From: Cystobasidiomycetes sp. EMM_F5
Lineage: Eukaryota
DNA length: 64,000 bases
Reading direction: 5' to 3'
Assembly (NCBI GenBank): GCA_051047955.1
Contig: JBPGPT010000015.1
Location: 310,001 to 374,000, forward strand
The notes under the pieces were generated by a model. The model had not been told where the DNA came from. It saw nothing but the letters and a program-made list of their open reading frames with translations, and did not search any database. Below are positions 28,733 to 40,976 of the stretch, piece by piece. The translations under genes were made by a program, and so were the position numbers. Position 1 is the stretch's first letter. Each line of letters opens with the position of its first letter.

Positions 28733-31164
28733 ATGGCCAAGGGATCCAACCTCAAATTGTCTGGAGCGGCCGACAACGGCAGGCTGAGAGTCAACGATGA
28801 GGACGCATGGAACCTGGATGACTCGGACAATGACGACGCGCTCAGCAGTGGACTCCCGTCTGCCAGGACATCGATCTCTACAGTCGCGCAGCAGGCAGGT
28901 TTGGGACGCAAAGGGAGTATCGGTACACTCAGCGCTGGTACAGCAAATGCATCTTCGAGTAGTGTCAAAGACAATGCGGCTCCCAACGCGTCCCTAGGCC
29001 AAACTTCTTCCAGTCAGCGCACGACTAGTGCGCCGCATGTAGCGACATCGTCAAACGCGCCTGCCCGGAGCTTGAGTCCGCCTCTGGCAAACAAAGCAGC
29101 CACACCCGCCAATGCCTTCAAAGAACGTGGTCGCCAGACTAGCTTTGGATTTTGGGAGAGGCTGAGCGGACTCGGTGCGGCTGTAGCAGGTAGCGGTGGC
29201 AGTAGCAGCTCCCCCAATAACGCTGGCGACGATAGTCTGGCAGAGACGTCAGGCTACACGCGTTTCGACGATACTGTAGAGCTTGAAGATAACTTCGATG
29301 GGACGTATTCGGTCAGCGCCGCGACTATCAATCGCCCACCTAGCACAAACGGCGGGCAAAACAGGCTGCTGGGACCAGCCAGCATTGCTCGTCAAAGTGC
29401 TGGTACGGCATCCGGTACTCGAAGCGGCGCGATACCGCGTGTCCCTTCATCAAGCGCCCTGTCCATAAAAACTACTTCATTGACAAAAGGCAAGGGTAAA
29501 TTGGATAGTCCCAGCGCGACCATCGTCGGCTCGCCTAGACCTAAATCACCCACAAGGAAATGGCAAGATGGTATGCACAGCGAAGAAAGTATGCGTAAAG
29601 CTGTTCGGAGCGATTTGTCGAGCATATTGGAAGGTCAGTCTTCACCGGTCCATTCGGTTGATTATGTTACTGAATCCTGCGCAGATCCAATGCATCTTAT
29701 GAAGAACCTTTCGATAGCTACCGATGCTGTAGAGACACCGCAGTCGTCATCTTCATCTCACAACCCTTTCGACTCGGCTAATATACCTCGAGTTTCGATG
29801 GCGGCTACGTACGATTCGCCAAACGAGCAATCTTCCGTAGACCCTGCGGCATCAGCTGTGGAGACGGAAAAGCGTCAAGCTCAGATGCGGCGAGAAGCGA
29901 GCAAGCGACGGCGATTTGTAGATTGTCTTGGCAAGAATACGGTCGATGTTTCAGAGTTACGAAGGTTGGCATGGAAGGGCATTCCTGCAGAATTAAGGGC
30001 TATCACTTGGCAATTACTCCTTGTAGGCTTGTCCCACCTTTAAATCTACACAGTAGAGAGATTTGTGCTGACTACAGGCTTGCAATAGGGCTATTTACCC
30101 GCCCCCGCTTCGAGACGCGTTTCAGTTCTAGCGAGAAAGCGACAAGAATATTCGGATGCTGTACGAGCTGCGTTCGGTCGAGGCGAAGCGGCTCTCGATG
30201 CGCAATTATGGCATCAAATCCAGATTGATGTTCCGCGTACGAATCCTGGCGTACCGCTGTGGGGCTTTGCGAGTACGCAACGAGTACGTGTATCTAAGCG
30301 AAGTTGGCCCGGAGGTGGTATGGCTGATTAGACCGCCAATTTGCAGAGTCTCGAGCGGATATTGTACGTATGGGCTATTCGGCACCCCGCCTCCGGCTAT
30401 GTGCAAGGCATCAATGACCTGGCAACGCCATTCTTCCAAGTTTTTCTGTCCTCATTCATTGGTGGGCACGCTAGCCTTGTGACATGTGCTGCGCTGCTGA
30501 CCAGTGCATCATCAACAGATTGCGAGGTAGAGGATTATGATGTCTCGGTGTTGCCTGAAGACGCTCTGTCTGCTTTGGAAGGCGATACGTTCTGGTGCCT
30601 ATCGAAGCTACTAGACGGTATACAGGACAATTATATATTTGCTCAACCTGGCATACATAGACAGGTGGCTAGATGTCAAGAGCTGTGTATGAGAGTTGAC
30701 GGTAGGCAATTCAGGAGGAACCGAGGCCAAAGAGGCTGACTTATATGTGATTAGCCCCATTGGCGAAGCATATGGAAGCAGAAGGTATCACGTTCATACA
30801 ATTCTCCTTTCGCTGGTTCCACCTCCTCTTCCTTCGTGTGCTGCCGGTCAATGCGGTCATCCGGATGTGGGATACCTACATGGTGAGGGACTTCGACAAG
30901 TGCACACTGCCAAAACTTCTGCTGACGCGGGCTGATCTCCAGTCGGAAGGTTCTGACGCCTTTGCAAACTTCCATACCTACGTGTGCTTGGCGTTTCTGC
31001 TCCGCTTCAGCAAGAAACTACTCGCCATGGATTTTCAAGGGTGCATGCTCTTCTTGCAGGATCCGATAGACCATAACGCATGGCAGGAGAGTGATACAGA
31101 GATGCTGCTAAGCGAAGCGTACATGTGGTCAGAGTTGTGGAGCGGTACGAAGAAACCGACTTAG
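28733..31164 (+). CDS. GYP1: Rab GAP, TBC domain (Gyp1/TBC1D22)
   Basis: LRRLAWKGIP.ELRAITWQLL, WHQIQIDVPRTNP, ERILYVWAIRHPASGYVQGINDL, FWCLSKLLDGIQDNY, IRMWDTY. Confidence 0.95.
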
Positions 31165-32143
31165 TTGTATTAGTAGGGTACCGCCTTCGTGTATTGCCGA
31201 CGAAATAGTAGCCCGATAGCAGTCGTGGCATCCCCGCTTTGACCACGCCCGTTTGTCTGCGTATAATATGGCAGTTCGGTCATCTTGGAACTGGTACAGC
31301 ACGCTATGATGGAGAGTCATTGAATCTGCTAAAACGAGCCGCCAGTACACCAAACTGGCCATTGCTGCGGAACAGGGTGTACCGGAACAGGAGGTGGTTC
31401 CCAAGAGAGCAAAACGTGTATGTCGGTACTGCCTGGTGCCGGCATGTCAGTCTGGTGGAAGCAGCCCAACCGGGTTTATGAAGTGCGAAAAGTGGATCCA
31501 CGACCTGGCGAGAAAGGAATACAAACCGCTGGGCAAGATCATGAACCCGGACAAATATGATGCCAAGCTGAAAGAAGTGCTGTGATGGAATTCTTGTCAG
31601 TATGATGTACGCAATGTATGCGGTGTGATACAACACGCGCCAATAGTTCAGCGGTTAGAATCTTTCACTTCCAATGAGAGGGCCGGCGTTCGACTCGCCG
31701 TTGGCGCATTGCTTTTGTCCGTGGAGGCCAGGTCATCGAACGGGCCAGGTGCCATTTCTTTTTAGCATATGTCCTTCTTCTTAGCAGACAAGGATAGACA
31801 TGCTGTTTGCAAGTCTGTATGCGTGGAATCCAGGTCTCGCATGGCCAGATTTTGTTCACTCCACTGCTCCGCGCTGTCGAGTTGTCGAAAAATCATCAAT
31901 CTACATCAATGATCAGAATGTATGGCCTTTGTCATGAGCGTTAGAGGTCGTCAAGGTCTACGATGAAACAGACTTGACATATACAACTTCACAAGAGACC
32001 ATGATACTTGTCGCAATGTCAGTTCAGGTCAGCAGAGTCTACCACAGCAGATTTAATCAGTAAAGCACGACCATTGGTATGCACGCCTTTCGAAAAACGT
32101 CACGAGATGGAGTAGAATTACACAACCCTGCTGATGACAACGA

Positions 32144-32863
32144 TTACTCGTCTGGAACTTCCCTCTCTCCGCTGTGAATCTCGTCGATGATGTTGTGGGG
32201 TGGTTGACCGTCTACAGTGCAGCCGACGGATTGGGCGGTTCCTAGAATCTCGAGCACGACGCCCGATAGCTCCTTTGCCAGCGACTTGAATCGCATTGTT
32301 CTCGCAATGTCAATGATGGTGTCGAAATCAATATTGCCAGAGTGTTTGATGTTTTTCTCCTTCTTTCGGTCGCGAGGAGGCTCCTTGAGCGCTCTGATAA
32401 CGAGCGAGGAAGCAGAGGGGACAACGGATACAGCCGCTTGACGATTTTGGATGGTGAGCTTGACAGTCACTCTCAGTCCTTTCCATTCGGCAGTGTTCTT
32501 TGCAATGTTTTCTCCGACAACCTTTGGTGACTGTGGAGAGTACCGCTCAGCTGTCTTTCCTTTCACATCCTTCCGTAGCATTGCTCTAGGAGGCGTACCA
32601 AACCAAGAGGACCAATCTTTGGCGCCAGTGCTGAAGATGCACCGACTTCTCCACCGGTCGCACGAAGGTAGATGACCTTCACCTCACTAGAAGAGTAATA
32701 GAACACGAGTCATGTGCGTAAGCTTTGTCGTTTCTGATGGTTCCGCTTGTGGACGCATCGATCATGGCATTCTACGCACTTTGGGTCGAATTTCGGACTA
32801 ATAGATCCAGAAAGTCAGCGCAAGTTAGGATAGGTATACGAGCAGCATGGGCACTCACGGCAT
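32144..32863 (-). CDS. RPL12: 60S ribosomal protein uL11 (L12)
   Basis: Exons [48 protein letters not shown]...[22 protein letters not shown]. Confidence 0.97.
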
Positions 32864-33051
32864 GGTGAATGTGTGTGTGAGGACGGTGGACGTCGATAAT
32901 TTGCTGCAGGTCTGAGCCTCTCAGTCCCTCGAGGCTGATCGAGGGGGAAAAGGACAAGTCTTCCTTAGGGAGCTTAGTCAGCCGAGCCAAAGAGAAAGAG
33001 AGCGAGGGACTTCATTTCAAGACGCAGCAAGTCTGTGTAATCCCTGCAAAC
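32864..33051. promoter_or_regulatory. Putative bidirectional promoter RPL12/RACK1
   Basis: 188 bp between the divergent ATGs of two ribosomal protein genes. Confidence 0.6.
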
Positions 33052-34453
33052 ATGGCAAACGAATCATTACAGTTCAAGGTGAGCTGCAGTGATCGCTGGC
33101 AAGCAGTGCCCGGGTGGAGTTATGCTGATACTTTGCAACTTGCGCAGGGCGTTCTTGAGGGTCACGGAGGGTACATTGAAGACATCGCAGTCCTGCTATA
33201 GCTCGGAAACTAACCAGACCCTACTTTCTCTCTTTGCGAACGAAACATCAGATGGATCACTGCCATCGCTACCTCTCGTGAGGAATCGCACAAGAACACC
33301 AATCTCGTACTCGTCTAATAACTTGCCTCTACAGCCGAGAATCCAGATCTTCTCTTGACCGCTTCCCGGGACAAGACTGTCATTGTCTGGACCTTGACCC
33401 GCGATGACGCGCAATACGGTTACCCCAAGCGCATCCTCAAAGGCCACAACCACTTTGTTTCGGACGTAGTCATCTCGTCCGATGGTCAATTCGCTCTGTC
33501 CTCGTCCTGGGACAAGACCCTCCGTCTGTGGGATCTGAACACCGGTCTCACCACCCGTCGCTTCGTCGGCCATACTTCCGATGTCCTCTCCGTCTCCTTC
33601 TCTGCCGACAACAGACAGATTGTTTCCGGCTCCCGCGACCGTACCATCAAGCTGTGGAACACCCTCGGCGAGTGCAAGATGGATATCCGCGAAGATGGAC
33701 ACACCGAGTGGATCTCTTGCGTCCGCTTCTCGCCAAACCCAATGAATCCCGTCATCGTTTCTGCCGGATGGGACAAGGTCGTCAAGGTCAGTGCACACCT
33801 CTATACAGCCCCTTCTTCCCATCACGCTCCCCTCTTGTGTCCCATCTCTACTGGCTTGATGATCATTTTACATATTTCACAAATATTTGCTACTTTAGAA
33901 GGGCTATCTACCCTGATGAAAAAGACGGATTATTCCACCAAGATCTCTGACCCTCTTCTGCATACGTCTTGCCATGTGCACGTACCTCTATGTAGTCTGC
34001 GATACTGACGATTGTTCCGTATTGCTACATTAGGTTTGGGAACTCAACAAGTGCAAGCTCCGCACAAATCACTTTGGTCATACCGGATACATCACAACCG
34101 TCACAGTCTCTCCAGATGGTTCGCTGTGCGCATCGGGCGGCAAGGATGGCGTTACCATGCTCTGGGACTTGAACGAGGGCAAGCACCTCTACTCGCTCGG
34201 CGCCGGCGACATCATCAATGCCTTGGTCTTCTCGCCAAACAGGTACTGGCTGTGCGCTGCTACTGCTTCGTGCATCAAGATTTTCGACCTCGAGAGTAAG
34301 TCTATCGTCGATGAGCTCAAGCCAGACTTTGCGTCTTCCTCGCCAAAGGCCCGCGAGCCAGAGTGCTTGTCGCTCGCTTGGTCCGCCGATGGCCAGACCC
34401 TGTTTGCTGGCTACTCTGACAATCTCCTCCGAGTCTACAACGTCGTCGGTTGA
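33052..34453 (+). CDS. ASC1: RACK1/Asc1/Cpc2, 40S WD40 protein
   Basis: [75 protein letters not shown]. Confidence 0.98.
33852..33953 (+). ncRNA. SNR24: Box C/D snoRNA U24/snR24 in RACK1 intron
   Basis: Inside the ~247-nt intron 33787-34033: box C TGATGA (33857), guide ATATTTGCTACT plus D' TAGA, C' TGATGA, guide CACCAAGATCT plus box D CTGA (33947). Both guides match those of yeast snR24, which is also hosted in ASC1. Confidence 0.92.
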
Positions 34454-34982
34454 GCGAGTCGGTATGTCTAGTCGCCGCTAAGTAGGGAGCTGGGCGACAA
34501 GGAAAAGTACGATGCACACTCAAGACTCATCAAGTATTTCTGAAAACTTGGCCGCACAAACTCGGCGTCGTGTAGACACCTCTTCGATTTTTACCTCGAG
34601 TTTATTCCAAAACTCCAAAATCAGCCCGGATGCACAGTGGGAGAGGTTACGTGCATGGGCTAGATGCTCGGGTGAACGTAAAGCCAGGTCGAAGATTCAT
34701 TTGAAAAGCCTGTTTGTTGCACGTATGGCAATTCGTTGTTGCTCATTCTACCATGCAACGAATGTCGAGCTTTCCGCCCCACATCGTGCACTTAAGAGCA
34801 GACTCAGCGGAAGAACTGATGGCTATCAAACGTCATTGACATACCTCATGCAGAAGTCGGCACAAACATTTGCTGTCGCAGGTCGCGTCACGTGCCTGTC
34901 TCGGTGTGTATAAACCGTCTATCCGGCTGAACGGATGGGTTGACTGGCTGCGGCACTTGTCGATATAAAGCACCATAGCATC

Positions 34983-35508
34983 ATGGGCGACACTGAGCTC
35001 GACACCTTTGCATTGTGAGGCCTTCTATCAACCAAACAGGCTGCAACCACCGTAACATGCGGACAACAGAGCATACAGCGGTCTGCTAGCTGCCGGTGGT
35101 GTGATTGGATGGATGCGAGCAGGATCAACAGCGTCGTTGGGAGCAGTGAGCAACAAATGCAGAAGTGACCTGTCGCCAAAGACTGATTCCCGCATTCTCA
35201 CGTAGGGTGTGGCTTCCAGCAAGTCATCCACGAAGTCACGTCAGCTCTGCAGAAGTGAGGCTGATGGCAATTCCAGGCATAGCAATGGCATACGGTGTTA
35301 ATAATGACAAGCGTATCGCTCTTGCTACATCTGCCATACTGGTTATTGCAATGGGTCGTCGCTTTCTCGTACGTACTCAAGTGAGGAGAAGGTATCAAAC
35401 TGACTAAATGCCTTTCGCAAGGCTACTCACAAATTCATGCCGTCGGGATTGATAGCTATATTGTCTGCATATTTCAGTTATCAATATTATCGACTTTTAT
35501 TCGCTTAG
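34983..35508 (+). CDS. TMEM14-family small membrane protein
   Basis: Spliced: ...LLAAGGVIGWMRAGSTASLGA-GVAS-SIAMAYG...AMGRRFL-ATHKFMPSGLIAILS; GG.IG...GS..SL and KFMP.GL are TMEM14 motifs. Confidence 0.85.
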
Positions 35509-35681
35509 CCCGTTGCAATACACCAAGGTAGCAGTACAAACAGTCCTCTTACGTATACAAACCTGATATCTGATATACTCCCCGTCTACCGACAAAAAAG
35601 CTCAGCCTCGAGCTAAGAGAGAGAGATGACATAATATGCTACACATTTGTGGGCTGACTAATGGAGTTTCTGGAGACGCGC

Positions 35682-38600
35682 TTATGATGGAAGTGGAGAA
35701 GTGTTGACTTGAGGGCTACGATTGGCAACACCCGCGTCCACAGCCTGCCGCGGAAAGACATGGCCGCTTTGATCCTCGTAATACCTTAGCTGGAGTATGC
35801 AATGAAGTCAGCTCTGGAGATTCTAAACCGTGCCAAGTAGCAAGAGACTGACTGTTTCGAGATTGCAATCGTCAATGCCGCCTTGAAGATGTTGTAAATG
35901 AGACGACCGCGACGTTACGTCGGGAAAGTCCACTATGGTACCAGCAGTGGTTTGCGAAGTTGTCTCGGGCAATGGGTAAGAGGCGGCTTTGGATAACGAG
36001 GTGTTGGCTTGGGGCTGAAGCCGGGCAGGATCCGAAATTCGGGATGCTATGTCTAGCAAAGAATGTTCCGAGGACAAAGAGTTCTGCTTTGACGGTACAT
36101 TGCTTGTAGGAGGGGACAGAGTGTCATTGTTTCGTGTGCTGCTTCGAGAGAGGGAGCTGAAATTTGGGTCATGACTGCCGGTACGCGACATGTCTCTGGA
36201 GTTGTCGTTGCTCGAGCCAAAGCTGATATCACTGGCACCCTCGCTGTTAGCTCGGCGGGCTGTAAGCCTCTTCCACCTTGATGCCGCTCGCACAGCATTG
36301 ACGATGTATGATACCGAAGGAATGGCAATAGCGTTGTCAACGTCGGTCTCTGTAACGGCTGGAAGGCTTGTGACGTTGACTTCAACGGACGGCAGTGGAT
36401 CTTGACCGTCTAATGTGAGCCAGGGGTGCTCCTGTGTACTGGCTGGTCAGAAATCGCTCAAGCACGATAGTTTTTGTGACCCACTCTTAGAGCGTCCATC
36501 TTGATGCGCTGTTCTGGGTCCTTCTCAAGCAGTTGAGCAAGTAGTGATTTCAAGGACGGGCTGAGCTCTTTTGGAATACGAACACTGTCTTTTGGGTTTT
36601 AGCGCTTTTGACACAGTTGTGCGATCATGCTTACGGATCATTCTTGATCTTATCATACAAGTCCAGCATTTGAGTAGTCTCAAAAGGCAAGTGACCGACT
36701 GCCAGACAATAAAGCGTAACGCCTAAAGCCCAAATATCGGTCGCTTTGCCAGAAACCTTGCCGGCATGAGCTAGAATGCTACTTCAGCTGGAACGTAGCG
36801 ATGTAGGCTAAAGTATACGCACAAATGCAGAGTTCCGGACTCATGAAAGCTGGACTGCCAGCCGTCTTCAGTTCCGTCGGGTTATCCTCGTGTAAATTTT
36901 TATCGAACATCTCGGAGACACCAAAGTCGACCAGCTTGATCTCCTCAGGATCGGCCATCCTAAGTATATTTTCGGGCTTGATGTCACGATGAATTATGCC
37001 GTTGTGATGTAGGTACTCGATAGCTAATACGATTTGACGGAAGTAATTTCGAGCTGTCTCCTCCGGCAGCGGTTCGGCGCTCTCATTCATGTTGACTTGC
37101 ATAATCGGCCCATTGGCGCACAGTTCAACAACTTATGTGGTACATGGAGAAATCAGAGCAAGGTCAAAGAGGATGTGTAAGCAATGACGTACCCATGAAT
37201 AAAGAGTCGTCTTCCTGGACGTCCAATACCTCAAACAATTTGACGCAATTCGGATGATCTACCTTCTTCATTACTGCCACCTCGGAGCGGATGAGGTCAA
37301 GATCATTCCGCAACTGAGTAGGCGATGGCTGCAGATCATCGTCCTCGTGTCTGGCATCGTCGGCCGAGTGTCGCCCAACTGACGAGTCTCGTGCCATGCC
37401 TCCTCGTTGCCGCATAGGGACTGCGCCTCTTCGAAGACCTCTGCCTTGCCTCCTCATCATCTCACTCTGCGCGCGCTTCCGCAAGCGAACTTTGGAAAAT
37501 TCTTTGACTGCATAATCTCGGCCAGTGTTTTCGTCACGGGCTTTGGTGACCACGCCAAAACTTCCTCTTCCGATATCTTCGGTCAAGATATACTGGTTCA
37601 ATTTTCGCTTGCCATCAGGTAGATCCTTGTACCCTGCTCCATATGTTTCTTTGACCTCTTTTGGCGCATTCTGCGAGCTGCTTCTCCTGTGGCGAAGAAA
37701 GCCGACAGGCGTTGAAAAGTCGTTCACGCTTCCGGTGGATGATGTGGAGTTGTTGCGACTCTGAGGACGAGGACGTGGTGAGGGATGCCGTGTATCTGGT
37801 CGCAGGTTAGTATTCGAAGATGGAGGCGATGCGTATTGCGGAGGCGATGAGACAATGTCGCTAGGAGACGGCGACGAGGCGGCGGAAGTTTCTTCAGCAA
37901 TGTCATCCTCGTGAGAGTGGTGTGACGTGAGTGGGAAACGATAATCGGTAGAATGTCTTTGGGATTGCTCGTTGCCGCCTGGACTGTGCGGCACACCGAA
38001 GCGATGAGGGGTCGTGTGTCCAGTACTACTGTGCGGCGAGGGCGGAGCCTCGCTGCCCGGCGAATCAGTAATGGCCTGCGACGGAAGACGTTGTAAAAGC
38101 GCTCTCGCTGGATAGACGGGCTTTCTCCTCTCAGCTTCTCTCTCGCGCTCCTTATGATCTGTCGAGACCTCCTCGGAAGAGCTCGTAGGTGTTATTTTCC
38201 GATGTTCACCGTTATGATGGGGTTTTAATGTATTTTCGGAGGATTCTTCTTTGTTTGCGCCCGCATTGCTACTCTGTGCACTCTTCGCACTATGTCTCTT
38301 TGATCTATTTCTAGCTAACACGCCAGTCGTAGACTGAACAGTTTCCACAGGTGTTGCTGGAGTGACGTTGACCTTGACATTGTCGTGCAGTCGTGTTTGC
38401 GAATCAACCGAGAGTCGCGGCGGGTTCCCCGGTTTTGGCGGAGCCGGCTGGGAAGATTGCGGACGTTTAGGTTCTTTGAATATCTCGGGCTCTTCTTCGC
38501 CCTCCAAAGCTTCCGGCGACTCAGCCATCTCGCAGCTCTCGTCATTTGCCGTCCCGGAACGCAGTCTGTCCTCGTCGGACGAGTCCATCGAGACTGGCTC

Positions 38601-38903
38601 TGCCGTTATTTGCTCGCTTGCGGTACTTTCATCACCACTATTAGGAGTGTCCTTCCGAACTTCATCAGGTTTACCGTGACTAGACCCCCGTTTCGTCTGG
38701 CTGGAATCAGTTGAGCATGCTGGCTTTACGGTCGAGCTTGAACGAGTGCTATCCAGGGAAGCTCGTTCCACATCTTTCTCAACGCTGCGTTTATTACCAC
38801 CATTATTGTCGTCAGGCCGACTCTTTGTCGTCTTGCCGGATTTCGTTTGCTCGTCAGCGGTGCTCGGGATTGACAACTTTTCGAGCAGACCAGGCAGAGG
38901 CAT
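35682..38903 (-). CDS. CaMKK-family Ser/Thr kinase (Sak1/Ssp1-like) with long low-complexity N-terminus
   Basis: LNQYILTEDIGRGSFGVV, YAVKEFSK.RLRKR, EVAVMKKVDHPNCVKLFEVLD, HRDIKPENIL, DFGVSE, GSPAFMSPELC, DIWALGVTLYCL; 3' end approximate. Confidence 0.9.
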
Positions 38904-39296
38904 TCCCTAGACGGCGCCGAGTGGGAAGACTGTACGACAAAATCAAACAGTTTGTTTGTGTCGTCCTTCAGATAAGTGCAGAAGCAGCAGCCAGCAGCTG
39001 ACCCGCAGGAAATGATCGACGGGTATGCCGACCAGAAATAGCCAGTCATGTCCGGGCCCAAAATTGCGGGATCCGAGGTACATCTTTTATGACGTGACAG
39101 TCATGCTTGACGGCAACGAAGTCTAAGCTTTCACATTCGAACCACAGCGCTACTATTCTGCCTATTGTCCAGCTCAACAACATGCGCATGGGTTTACTTG
39201 CGGCGAAGGGGAAACAACGCAATACGAGAGTGGGTTGCTTGCGGGGTTACCGTGAAATCATTCCAAGCCTTTGACGGAAGATAGACCTTGCAAAGC

Positions 39297-40976
39297 TTAT
39301 GCTGCTGGTGCAGTCGAGACGGTGTTCTGGTATTGCTCCATCTCGGCATCGAGATCCGCTGCAGTGACGGCTGGTCTCTCGCTGCCTCCCTTACCACCTC
39401 GGCCGCGACGTCTACCACCGCGTCCACCTCTTCCTGATCCTCCTGCATTCTCCTCTGTTGCTTCCTCGGTAGCTTTACCCTTTCCGCGGCCTCGTCCGCT
39501 ACAGATTGCCAATGGTGAGTCCAGATTTCAGAGGTAAAGTGAATGGCGATGGTATTGGCCGACGATATAGTGGTAGTAAGAAGATATTTTTGTATGTCGT
39601 TGAAAATGTGGTAAAGCAGAGGAAGAGTGAGAAAGAAAGCGAAAAAGCATATCCGTAAGCCGATGTTCTCCGTTCCGCTGGGCAATTTTTCGGACGTCGG
39701 TGAGGGAGATATGGGGGATAAGCGCTGCCATAACAGGAAGACACCGTGTAGGCGGAACGACCGATTGACTCGTATCCGCACGACAGCAACTTGCTTTCTG
39801 TGGCAGCTGCATGGCGGACCCGCAGGATGTCGACTGTCAGCGCCTAAGAGGTTGCATGCCGTGTCTATATCGCAATCCCTCCAATATTAGGGCCCGAGCA
39901 CCTGTGAGATCACCGCAAGTAGCTGTCTGACAGGCCGTTACCAGGCGGTAGCGGCAGGCAGGGCCCGTGCCTCGGTCCCCGCGCGGCAAACACAAGCGGA
40001 GGCTGTAGCAGCACCCTCCCACTGGTGTATGTGACATACGTCAAGCTGGCCTACGGGTGACTGACTGCGCGGCATGCGCCCTCATACTCTCCGTGACGCA
40101 ACAAGTAGTTCAAACCAAAAATATATTTACCTAGCAGTAGCCTGAGTCGGAGAGATGACGTTTGCTTGAGCACTCTTGGGAGCTGGCGCAATGCGCGAAT
40201 TGAGGGGAGGGGGTGGGAGTCGTGTGGGATCAAACAAGATCTCCACCTTCATTGGCTTCGCTGAAAATTATGAGAAGAGAAATAGCGGGAAGTGCCAGTG
40301 ACTGCGTAAGCATCGTTGTACCAAAGTATGCACCAGAACCTGACCGATGCCAAGTTGCCGGGTGCAAATTGCATTGCTTGACAGCCTTACATTTGTCATT
40401 ATCGATGACTCTCCGGTTGTAGGTCGTAAAGGCAAGTTGAGCGTCTCCCGGGCGCTTCAGATCAATGGTAGCGACACCGGTTGACTTGCCACCCTTGTCG
40501 TAAGCCAGCTGGACTTTGGTGACTGGTCCAATAGTATGGGTAAAGAGCTCCTGTAAAACGTAGCGGGTGGAAGCGATGTTGAGCGATGCGGCCGTTTACT
40601 CCGGGCGGCGAGGCCGTTCGGGCGAAGGAGAACAGAAACATACGCGAATCTGATGCTCCGTCACATCTTGCGGCAAATTGGATACAATGATCTTGCTGCC
40701 ATCGGCCATTAGCGGAACGGCAGCTACTTGCAATGCAGGGATGCTAGCAGCTGGTCCTGCATTATTGGCAGCGGCAGCATTGCCGGCGTAGCGGTTCCTG
40801 ACGGGTCCTACACCACCGCTAGCTTGGGCGGAAGCGACAGCAGCACGTCCTGCTGCCTTTGCATCACCTCTGCCACCTCTACCTCTACCACGGTTGCCTC
40901 CGCGTCCGGCCGAAGCCTTTCGACGTTCTGCCCGCTTCTCCTCGACAATGTCGTCCAGGGGTCGGTCGATATCCAT
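39297..40976 (-). CDS. YRA1: mRNA export adaptor Yra1/Mlo3/ALYREF
   Basis: N-box MDIDRPLDDIV, RG-rich linker, RRM SKIIVSNLP..V...IRELF..TIGPV, KPMKVEI, C-box TAADLDAEMEQY; four exons, last intron 39499-40130. Confidence 0.93.

Noticed and set aside
39650..39670. ACATCGGCTTAC (minus) resembling RNase P/MRP CR-V in the YRA1 intron
   Set aside because: No matching CR-I/P4 partner found upstream.
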